A stretch of 64,000 nucleotides of DNA from a virus. Its lineage: Duplodnaviria; Caudoviricetes. The translations under genes and the position numbers were made by a program. How positions within the stretch are numbered: the first letter of the stretch is position 1; each line of letters opens with the position of its first letter. Under the pieces are notes generated by a model. The model had not been told where the DNA came from. It did not search any database and saw only the letters and a list, made by a program, of their open reading frames with translations. Positions 10,005-17,343 of the stretch are shown here, one piece after another. The stretch is from IMG/VR virus record IMGVR_UViG_3300030376_003877, positions 1 to 64,000 of that record; one strand, written 5' to 3'.

Positions 10005-10255
10005 TTGATAACTTCTTCGTACTTACCCTTCAGTTTAGTACTAGGTTCGACAATAGTCAAGATCTTATCCGAGGAAATCATGAACTCATTATCCATGGTG
10101 TAGTCTAGCAACCAAGGAGTAAGAGTAAGGTCAGATCCGATTACAAATGGTTCAATCAATTTACAATCAGGTTCTCCCAGTTCAGTGGCCACTTCTTCAA
10201 TCTGAGTGACTAAAGTAAGATTATTGGTCAGTAGTACAACTTTAAGGTTTTTCAT
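10001..10255 (-). CDS. Hypothetical protein between hsp20 and gp43
   Basis: 84-aa ORF with SD AGGAG; stop overlaps the gp43 start. Confidence 0.8.
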   Translation of the reverse strand: MKNLKVVLLTNNLTLVTQIEEVATELGEPDCKLIEPFVIGSDLTLTPWLLDYTMDNEFMISSDKILTIVEPSTKLKGKYEEVIK

Positions 10256-10265
10256 AATAACTCCT

Positions 10266-10308
10266 AAAAAAATAGGGAGATCATCTGGATTTTGCCAGAC
10301 ATCTCCCT
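10266..10308 (-). terminator. Intrinsic terminator after hsp20
   Basis: AGGGAGAT-GTCTGG-CAAAAT-CCAGAT-GATCTCCCT followed by ATTTTTTT. Confidence 0.8.
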
Positions 10309-10329
10309 GCGGCGACGATACAAATATAT

Positions 10330-10761
10330 TTAGAGCCAGTCTTTACGGGCATGATGTTCGGGAACAAGTTTCCCCAAATTAACAGTCAAAAACCCATCCT
10401 CAAAAGTAACTGATCTAATTTCCGTATCCTCAGAGATTGTCCAGGAACGTGCAAACGACCGTTGAGCCAGACCCTTGTGTATGTAGTTCTCCTCGTCCTT
10501 CTTCGCCTCCTTCTTGCCCTCCACAGTGAGTTTACCATATTCTGTGTAGACATTGACTTCTTCCTTCTTAAACCCAGCCAGAGCGATTTCTAGACGCGAT
10601 GCTGTGTTGCTTTCTTGTATAACATTATATGGAGGGTAGTTAGACTCTTGATTGAAACTGAATACATTATCAAAGTAATCATTCATTCCAATACTGTTGC
10701 GTGTGATCCTGTCCATTAACTGGTCCAAGTCCGCAGCATTATACTTCATGAGGTTTCCCAT
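10330..10761 (-). CDS. hsp20: Small heat-shock protein (Hsp20/alpha-crystallin domain)
   Basis: NYPPYNV, LEIALAGF, YIHKGLAQRSF, FEDGFL motifs. Confidence 0.95.
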   Translation of the reverse strand: MGNLMKYNAADLDQLMDRITRNSIGMNDYFDNVFSFNQESNYPPYNVIQESNTASRLEIALAGFKKEEVNVYTEYGKLTVEGKKEAKKDEENYIHKGLAQRSFARSWTISEDTEIRSVTFEDGFLTVNLGKLVPEHHARKDWL

Positions 10762-10767
10762 TGTACT

Positions 10768-10818
10768 TCTCCTTTATTAAGCGAGATTTGATTGTGTGGA
10801 CCCCGAAGGCATCCGCAC
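10768..10818 (-). promoter_or_regulatory. Structured hsp20 5' UTR: cUUCGg hairpin plus ROSE-like SD-sequestering hairpin (candidate RNA thermometer)
   Basis: GUGCGGAUGCC-UUCG-GGGUCCACAC (10794-10818) and UCUC(G)CUU-AAUA-AAGGAGA (10768-10786), the latter containing the U(U/C)GCU motif paired with the SD. Confidence 0.55.
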
Positions 10819-10819
10819 T

Positions 10820-10827
10820 TATTTATA
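10820..10827 (-). promoter_or_regulatory. gp55-dependent late promoter for hsp20
   Basis: Exact TATAAATA just downstream of the regA terminator. Confidence 0.8.
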
Positions 10828-10837
10828 ACATAAAAAC

Positions 10838-10871
10838 AAAAAAAGAGGAGCGGTATTTACCGAACCTCTTT
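10838..10871 (-). terminator. Intrinsic terminator after regA
   Basis: AAAGAGG-TT-CGGT-AAAT-ACCG-CT-CCTCTTT plus U-tract; a second hairpin GAGACC/GGTCTC lies at 10893-10912. Confidence 0.75.
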
Positions 10872-10920
10872 ATAGGGTTTCCGACTTTTGTAGAGACCGC
10901 ACGAAAGGTCTCAGTCTTAT

Positions 10921-11370
10921 TTATTCCTTCTTCTGTTCGGTTTCTTCTACTTTATTCTTTTTGCCAATATTGTATTTTTGTTCTAGTATCCAATTATTTT
11001 TTTCCTTATATGGAAGAACTTTAATTTGATTCAAGGGAGCAATATCCATAATATTGTCTTCAAGTACAACACTTACGAGACCCCAATCAGTAAGCAAACG
11101 AGTAATACGATTCCTACGCTGAACATCGTTAACAGTAAGGTTAGCGTATTTGCCATCAAGAGCAAACAACTCCTTAAAATGCACGATATAATATTTACCT
11201 TGCTTATGTAAAATATGGCATGATTGGTAAAGTTTCTTTTCTTTACGAGATGCCACACCAATACGTGTGAGAGTTTCTCTTACCTTAAGGAAATCATCAG
11301 GAGCATTAAGTCTGACCTCAATCATTTTATCTTGAGACCAATTAACCTGAGGTTCAGAAGTCTGTGTCAT
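10921..11370 (-). CDS. regA: Translational repressor RegA
   Basis: PDDFLKVRETLTRIGVAS, LYQSCHILHKQGKYYIVHFKELFALDG. Confidence 0.97.
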   Translation of the reverse strand: MTQTSEPQVNWSQDKMIEVRLNAPDDFLKVRETLTRIGVASRKEKKLYQSCHILHKQGKYYIVHFKELFALDGKYANLTVNDVQRRNRITRLLTDWGLVSVVLEDNIMDIAPLNQIKVLPYKEKNNWILEQKYNIGKKNKVEETEQKKE

Positions 11371-11753
11371 TTTGTACCACCAGTATCAAGTCGTTGTTTA
11401 ATAAAGTCGATCTGTTCATTTGATAAAATCTTCAGGACCTGAGAGGCTTTCTCATTACTGTAACCATAGTATTGTTTAACACAATCTAAGTTTGTGACTT
11501 TATCCTTTCGGATCCAAGGAGAGAATCTCTTCCTTTTTCTCAAGATATTTATATAAAAATTATATTGCATATCTTTACTGAGGAAATGATACTTGTTCAT
11601 TTCGTTAGCAAACATAATACAATCAAGATGACCAGCAAGACATTTATTAACAATATATGGTGGATATTGATTAACGATATGGGGGTTTTCTTTAATAAGG
11701 TTTTCCTTATTAAAGTTTATTGAGTTCAGCCAGTCCTTCAGTTCCGGTTCCAT
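11367..11753 (-). CDS. gp62: Clamp loader small subunit (T4 gp62-like)
   Basis: LKDWLNSIN, YPPYIVNKCL, LRKRKRFSPW, VKQYYGYS; start set at MEPELK (11753). Confidence 0.92.
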   Translation of the reverse strand: MEPELKDWLNSINFNKENLIKENPHIVNQYPPYIVNKCLAGHLDCIMFANEMNKYHFLSKDMQYNFYINILRKRKRFSPWIRKDKVTNLDCVKQYYGYSNEKASQVLKILSNEQIDFIKQRLDTGGTK

Positions 11754-12567
11754 AATTAAAAAGTAAAAGTTCTTTACGTTGTTTTTGCTCTCGCATGTAC
11801 TCACCAACTGATCTCATAGTATATGTAAGATCAAATTCAGCAGCATTCCATCCTATGAATCTATCCTTCACTAACTGATCTGAGTTATATGATACAAGCA
11901 TATCCATTTTACTAGCAGCACATTTTGCAGCAAAGTCATCATGGTCAAACCCTTTATGCATACTACCTTTCTTACCATATAGATTATCTTTGATATCATA
12001 TGGAGGGTCTAGATATACAAATGCATCAGAATCCTCTAACAACTCTTCATAAGAAAGATTTGTAATCTTCCAGTTTGAGATTAGTTCTGAATACCCAGGA
12101 AGTTTGTCAATTCCTCGCATCGAGAAATTACTATTTGACGCTTGCTTAGAAAATGAACTGGATTCAGTGAGACCAGAAAAAGAACACTTGTTGACAATAT
12201 AAAAACTGACAGCACGAACCAAACTAGATCTTTCAGGATCATTGACTTTTTCCTTTGAGAATAAAAATAAATCTTTTGCTCTATCTGGATTGGGATGAAG
12301 AGATTTGAGTTTTGCTAACTCATCTCGTAACAAGATACCATTACTTTGAACTTGTATCCAAAAGTTAACTAGAGGTTCATATAAATCATTGACCCATATA
12401 GTTAAACGAGGATATAGTTTAGACACATGGATTGCAACAGATCCTCCGCCAAGAAAAGGTTCACGGTATTCACCATAGTTATATAAGTCGGGAAAATATG
12501 GATTCATTTTCCCACATGCTCTGGATTTGCCTCCAGGGTATCTCAAAGGTGTTTTGAACGACTTCAT
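11710..12567 (-). CDS. dam: DNA adenine methyltransferase (Dam/D12 class)
   Basis: LRYPGGKS, YREPFLGGGS (SAM-binding), YLDPPY (motif IV). Confidence 0.92.
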   Translation of the reverse strand: MKSFKTPLRYPGGKSRACGKMNPYFPDLYNYGEYREPFLGGGSVAIHVSKLYPRLTIWVNDLYEPLVNFWIQVQSNGILLRDELAKLKSLHPNPDRAKDLFLFSKEKVNDPERSSLVRAVSFYIVNKCSFSGLTESSSFSKQASNSNFSMRGIDKLPGYSELISNWKITNLSYEELLEDSDAFVYLDPPYDIKDNLYGKKGSMHKGFDHDDFAAKCAASKMDMLVSYNSDQLVKDRFIGWNAAEFDLTYTMRSVGEYMREQKQRKELLLFNYGTGTEGLAELNKL

Positions 12568-12848
12568 AGAATCAGTTTCTTACTGGGTGTTTCAATGGTA
12601 GAGAAGATCTTAGTATAGCTATCGACTACCTCATCCCTAGCATCACAAATATAAACAATATACTGCTTATCAATTGTAAGAGTTGCTTTTTCTTTTTGAA
12701 GATATGACCATGGTCCAAAACCAATTTGACCTTGAGCATTGGGCATTGCTACTAAAGGATTTTCAACCTCAATAGTATTCTCATCTTCATTGATTAGAGT
12801 GAAGATAACTTCTTCACCAGTGTTTGCACGAAAAACTTTTACATTCAT
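12564..12848 (-). CDS. Hypothetical protein (possibly Sm-like beta fold)
   Basis: 94-aa ORF in the operon; beta-rich pattern. Confidence 0.7.
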   Translation of the reverse strand: MNVKVFRANTGEEVIFTLINEDENTIEVENPLVAMPNAQGQIGFGPWSYLQKEKATLTIDKQYIVYICDARDEVVDSYTKIFSTIETPSKKLIL

Positions 12849-12849
12849 T

Positions 12850-13047
12850 TTAATTAACCTTTGCTTTTACTTTAGTTTCATATGTTGCGATAAGAGCAAG
12901 TGCTTGCTTCCTATCTGCCCCACAAGGGGCATTTTTTAAACAAATCAAAATTAATTCATCATCAGTAATGGTAGGTTTAATTGTAAATCCCCACTTATCA
13001 ACTTTACCTTCTACAGGTGCTTCACATGGATCGAATTCATGTGGCAT
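12850..13047 (-). CDS. Small hypothetical protein
   Basis: 65-aa ORF coupled to the purS stop. Confidence 0.7.
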   Translation of the reverse strand: MPHEFDPCEAPVEGKVDKWGFTIKPTITDDELILICLKNAPCGADRKQALALIATYETKVKAKVN

Positions 13048-13322
13048 TATGCGATACCTGGAGGAAAACTATCAATCTCTGTCAGTTCATAATCCCAATC
13101 TTCCATAACAACATTAGCATAGAGACGATCAGAAATCTTTTCTATTTCCTGTTCAGCATACTCTCTGGTTGGTGCTTCCAACCAAAGATCAATCACCTTA
13201 CCTAACCTTAGTTTCTTAATATCCAACTCAGACAATCGCTTAGAGGCATCCCTCACAGCATTTCCAGGAGAGTCATCAACTTGCGATCTCAGACGAATAA
13301 AGATTAGTGCTTTAAATTTCAT
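13047..13322 (-). CDS. purS: Phosphoribosylformylglycinamidine synthase subunit PurS
   Basis: [21 protein letters not shown]...RLGKVIDL...[10 protein letters not shown] matches the PurS pattern (V.LK..V.DP.G.AV...GK...LANPVIE.Y). Confidence 0.85.
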   Translation of the reverse strand: MKFKALIFIRLRSQVDDSPGNAVRDASKRLSELDIKKLRLGKVIDLWLEAPTREYAEQEIEKISDRLYANVVMEDWDYELTEIDSFPPGIA

Positions 13323-13840
13323 GTTAACTCATCTAGTTTTATTAAACTTTTTAAATCAAGTCCAGCATTTTTTAAATATTCTTGCCCACCTTCTTGCCTA
13401 TCAATAATGGTTACAACTCTATTTACAACATATCCCAAAGTTCTTAAAACATTAACTGCTTTAAGAGAAGACCCTCCTGTGGTCACTACATCTTCCAGCA
13501 CTGTTATTTCAGTTCCTTTTGGTGGGAGTGGACCCTCTACCTGAGAGGCAGTCCCATGACCCTTAGGTTCTTTCCTAATGATGAGTCCTGATCCTTTCTT
13601 TACCATAGCAACACCGCTCACAAGAGGATCAGCACCAAGAGTAAGTCCTGCTACTACGTCTGTATCAATGTGTTCTAACATTGCATACGAAACTAGTTCT
13701 AATAAACTACCAGTGAGAATTACAGGTTTGCAGTTTACATAATGACCACTCTTTTTGCCTGAAGATAGTGTGTAATCGCCTTTACGATAAGCATATAGTT
13801 TTAGAATTCTAATTAATTCTTCTTTCATTGGTTCAGTCAT
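13319..13840 (-). CDS. pyrE: Orotate phosphoribosyltransferase
   Basis: [30 protein letters not shown] motif [11 protein letters not shown]. Confidence 0.93.
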   Translation of the reverse strand: MTEPMKEELIRILKLYAYRKGDYTLSSGKKSGHYVNCKPVILTGSLLELVSYAMLEHIDTDVVAGLTLGADPLVSGVAMVKKGSGLIIRKEPKGHGTASQVEGPLPPKGTEITVLEDVVTTGGSSLKAVNVLRTLGYVVNRVVTIIDRQEGGQEYLKNAGLDLKSLIKLDELT

Positions 13841-14787
13841 TTAAACTCACATTCAATCATTATTTCAGTCAAACATGCAAGCATATTTATTTCCTGATCA
13901 GCTACGAACGAACTTTGATACTGATACTTAGCAATAATAAGCACAGCAGCAGCAATCCCAGGACCTGCCAGGTATGTATAAAGAGCATCGTAAATGCTGC
14001 GAAGAAGTACAGTAGGATCATTGTCCAAATTATCAACGACCCACTTTCTCGTAGCAGGGAAATCTTTTTCCCTAAGAAACTTAAAAAGTTCATTAGTCTG
14101 GACATTACTGAACGACGCAAGGATACCACTATCAATCTTACCACTGACGGAATATCTTTGCAACTCATTTAATACTCGTCTCCAATCAGGAAAGTGCTTA
14201 TTGATTAACTCAGCAATGACTTTATCTTCATACTCAATCTTCTCCAGATTGAGTATTTCTTGGATTCTTTTGAAGAAGTTGGCTGCAACTCCCTGTCTTT
14301 CTTTTCCCTTAATGGAGAACTCGATGACGGCACACCGACTATGAAGCGGTTGGATGATTTTGTTTTTGTAGTTGCAGGTGAAGATAAATCTGCAGTTGCC
14401 AACAAACTCCTCAGTAAACGCCCGTAAGGCGAGTTGTACATCTGGGGTTGTGTTATCTGCTTCATCAATGATGACGACTTTGTGTTTTGCAGTTGATGAA
14501 AGCGATACGGTCGAAGCAAAGTTCTTCGCATTATTTCTGACGGTATCAAGGAATCGTCCTTCATCGGATCCATTGATGACATAATAGTCTGCTCCAAGTT
14601 CTTGGCATAGTGCTTTAGCAACGGTAGTCTTACCGCATCCAGGTGGTCCAGATAACAAAAGATTAGGAACCTCCCCTTTATCTAGGAAATCCTGAAACGT
14701 TTTCTTGATATTGTCAGGAAGTATACATTCTTCAATGGTCTTGGGTCGATACTTCTCAACCCATACAAATTCACTACGCATAATCAT
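13837..14787 (-). CDS. gp44: Clamp loader large subunit (T4 gp44-like)
   Basis: [26 protein letters not shown]; ATG start at 14787 or 14781. Confidence 0.96.
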   Translation of the reverse strand: MIMRSEFVWVEKYRPKTIEECILPDNIKKTFQDFLDKGEVPNLLLSGPPGCGKTTVAKALCQELGADYYVINGSDEGRFLDTVRNNAKNFASTVSLSSTAKHKVVIIDEADNTTPDVQLALRAFTEEFVGNCRFIFTCNYKNKIIQPLHSRCAVIEFSIKGKERQGVAANFFKRIQEILNLEKIEYEDKVIAELINKHFPDWRRVLNELQRYSVSGKIDSGILASFSNVQTNELFKFLREKDFPATRKWVVDNLDNDPTVLLRSIYDALYTYLAGPGIAAAVLIIAKYQYQSSFVADQEINMLACLTEIMIECEFK

Positions 14788-14826
14788 AATCAATAATAAA
14801 TTTATCCTTCAAGTGCCAATGTCTCA

Positions 14827-15513
14827 TCATCCAAACGTAGAATCAGGTTCAAGTGCGATGTAGTATGTCACGTCCATATTTTGATTACTAAACCGAGATA
14901 AAAGTTTTGAAGATACTACTACATCATAAGAACCTGGAACAATCTTTAGATTCTCTTCCTTAAAGTTGAAAATAAAATCATCCTGTGCATCACCTACAAT
15001 AATAGAGAAGTCATTAGAAGTATCATTCTTCTTATCACGAGCTACCATTTTGACAACACCATTCTCTCCAATAGCAGAAATATCAGGAAGTTGATATACA
15101 GATGCTGCCTTCTTAAGTTTCTCAAGTTGTTGACTACTTAATGTAAAACATACATCTTGAGTTGGAAGAGATATCTCCTTATCGGGAGGACAAGCAATCA
15201 CTGAAGGATCAGCAAAGAAGTACTTAGATCGCATCTTACCTTCTTTGATAACAACATAATCATCGCTACTAAAATCTAATTGAGGATCATGATGCAGTGA
15301 AAGTCCGTTAAGAAACTGATTAAGGTCATAGATTCCAAAGTCTTTAGAAAACTCTTCAACGATAGTTGCTTCAACCAAAATGTTCTTCAGCACAGAAATA
15401 GAACGCAACTTACTACCCTTCTTAAACAGAATTGATGGATTGATTGTTGAGAAGTTCTTGAGAAGGTTAACAGTAGACTCGGATAGTTTCATGGTTTTTG
15501 ATTTAAGTTTCAT
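14827..15513 (-). CDS. gp45: Sliding clamp (T4 gp45-like)
   Basis: MKLSESTVNLLKNFSTINPSI, FGIYDLNQFL, YYIALEPDS; start 15513 or 15492. Confidence 0.95.
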   Translation of the reverse strand: MKLKSKTMKLSESTVNLLKNFSTINPSILFKKGSKLRSISVLKNILVEATIVEEFSKDFGIYDLNQFLNGLSLHHDPQLDFSSDDYVVIKEGKMRSKYFFADPSVIACPPDKEISLPTQDVCFTLSSQQLEKLKKAASVYQLPDISAIGENGVVKMVARDKKNDTSNDFSIIVGDAQDDFIFNFKEENLKIVPGSYDVVVSSKLLSRFSNQNMDVTYYIALEPDSTFG

Positions 15514-15514
15514 A

Positions 15515-16150
15515 TCACTGAGGATAGGTTTCATGTGGTGCATTCTTGTCGTTGAAATGCATTAGAAGGACAGCATAATGCAAAATCTTCATAATGTCAC
15601 GACGTGCAGTGCCTTTCTTATCATAGCGAGAGGCATACTTGAGGATGTTGCTGCGACAGAATGCCTCACCATCACCACAAGCTTCGATAAGATCCAGAGT
15701 TTGAATCTTATCATCTCCAGCAGAATAGTGCTGGTCATATGTTCTAGTGATGTAATCTTTTAGTTCTTTAATGATTACATCTTCACTATACTTTTGCTTA
15801 GTGTTAGTTGGAGGTTTGGATGTTGATTTAGAGGGTTGATTCATATTAAAAGTAATAGTATCTTCCCCTCCCAGTACTGTCGGTACTGATTGTGCTGCTT
15901 GAGCTGCTCCAAAACTAATCGTATCTGAAGAAGAACTTCCACACATACCAGCAAGAATATAGTCTTCAGTTCCCCAAAAAGATTGATAATCATCCGGTGA
16001 TGCTTCACTTACTGAACTAAATGGATTTGTTCTGTTAATATCGTTTCTATCATACTCATAATAATGTTTTGACTTGATACCATCTTCGTATCGATCTTCA
16101 AAATTTTCACTCATTTCCAATTCCTCATAAAGTAAAGACCAGGCATTCAT
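15515..16150 (-). CDS. Hypothetical protein with C-terminal DUF3310-like domain
   Basis: C-terminal HYSAG...IQTLDLIE...FCRSNILKYASRYDKKG...DIMKILHY; low-complexity N-terminal half. Confidence 0.7.
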   Translation of the reverse strand: MNAWSLLYEELEMSENFEDRYEDGIKSKHYYEYDRNDINRTNPFSSVSEASPDDYQSFWGTEDYILAGMCGSSSSDTISFGAAQAAQSVPTVLGGEDTITFNMNQPSKSTSKPPTNTKQKYSEDVIIKELKDYITRTYDQHYSAGDDKIQTLDLIEACGDGEAFCRSNILKYASRYDKKGTARRDIMKILHYAVLLMHFNDKNAPHETYPQ

Positions 16151-16176
16151 TTAGGAAGGCATATTTACCTTCCCAT

Positions 16177-16205
16177 ATTATATCAATATTCTGTCTGAAC
16201 GTCAA
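16177..16205 (-). promoter_or_regulatory. Sigma70-type promoter upstream of the DUF3310-like/gp45/gp44 operon
   Basis: TTGACG-N17-TATAAT with a TG extended -10. Confidence 0.8.
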
Positions 16206-17265
16206 CAGAATCCATTTGAAAGTCAACATCAACTTTGTCATAAAGTTCCAAGAAAGATGCTTTAGTTTCTTCATCAAAACGATTGATACAAACTTGAATT
16301 GCTTTGGACTTATTACCAAAGATGCTATAGGCACGGATGATGTGAACCAGACGACGGGTGCTGATCACTTCCTCAATACCACCATCAAAGAAGGTCTTGC
16401 GAATAATGTCTGCCCAATCAACTAGGTTCTTACAGAAATCACGATCTTCAATACCTAGATCCAGAGAAATACCTTCCAGAATCTTCTTTTCAGTAGAAGG
16501 AGTGGGATATGATTGCTCAAAGGTAACACAGAAACGTTCCAGGAATGCTTCGTTCAAGACGTTGGTGCCGATAAAGCGACCGTCATCGCTTCCTTTACCT
16601 TTAGTATTTGCAGTTGCAATAACATTGAATCCCGTCTTGGGTTTAACAAACAATCCAGTCTTCTTCAAGAAAACACCTTTACCTTCAAGAATAGATTGCA
16701 GACAAAGAATTTTATTAGAAGCAAGGTCAACTTCATCTAAAAGCAACACAGCTCCACGTTCCAAAGCTTCGATGACAGGACCGTTATGCCAAACAGTTTC
16801 GCCATTAATAAGACGAAACCCACCAATAAGATCGTCTTCATCAGTTTCGATGGTAATGTTGACACGAATCAGTTCCCTCTTGAGTTGAGCACATGCTTGT
16901 TCAACACAGAAAGTTTTACCATTACCTGAAAGACCTGTAATAAACGTAGGATAAAATAAACCGGACTGAATAATCTTCTTAATATCACCAAACGTACCAA
17001 ACTTGACGAAAGTATCATCTTTTTCTGGAATAAGAGTCTGTTCGATGGGAGGAGTAGAAGAAGGTGCTTGATATGATTGTTCCAGTTTTTCTTGAGCAGT
17101 AAGGTTCCAACGACCACGACCAGACTTATATGTATCAAGTTTCTTAGAAACCGTCTGATATGTGGTTCCGTTTATACTGCACCATGCACGAACATCAGCA
17201 GCAGTAATTGAATCACCATAAAGATTTTGAAGAGACGTAACGACGTATTCAGTAGAAAGTGCCAT
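16183..17265 (-). CDS. cobS: CobS-like (MoxR-family) AAA+ ATPase
   Basis: GLSGNGKT Walker A, LLLDEVD Walker B, ATANTKG, AFLERF; start set at MALSTEY (17265). Confidence 0.88.
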   Translation of the reverse strand: MALSTEYVVTSLQNLYGDSITAADVRAWCSINGTTYQTVSKKLDTYKSGRGRWNLTAQEKLEQSYQAPSSTPPIEQTLIPEKDDTFVKFGTFGDIKKIIQSGLFYPTFITGLSGNGKTFCVEQACAQLKRELIRVNITIETDEDDLIGGFRLINGETVWHNGPVIEALERGAVLLLDEVDLASNKILCLQSILEGKGVFLKKTGLFVKPKTGFNVIATANTKGKGSDDGRFIGTNVLNEAFLERFCVTFEQSYPTPSTEKKILEGISLDLGIEDRDFCKNLVDWADIIRKTFFDGGIEEVISTRRLVHIIRAYSIFGNKSKAIQVCINRFDEETKASFLELYDKVDVDFQMDSVDVQTEY

Positions 17266-17289
17266 GTGCTTGGTTTGTTCAACAAAGAT

Positions 17290-17333
17290 AGTATAGGACA
17301 AAAGAGGTTGGTTTTCCTCTCGTTTGGACAGTT
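17290..17333 (-). promoter_or_regulatory. Putative promoter for the cobS-like gene (-10 box plus upstream motif)
   Basis: TATACT at 17290-17295, no consensus -35, AACTGTCCA at 17325-17333. Confidence 0.5.
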
Positions 17334-17343
17334 TGATGGGTGG

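Noticed and set aside
16358-16888. 176-aa plus-strand ORF, and the many other 60-160-aa plus-strand or alternate-frame ORFs nested in core genes
   Set aside because: All lie inside well-supported genes, have Ser/Leu/Ile-rich shadow composition and lack initiation signals.
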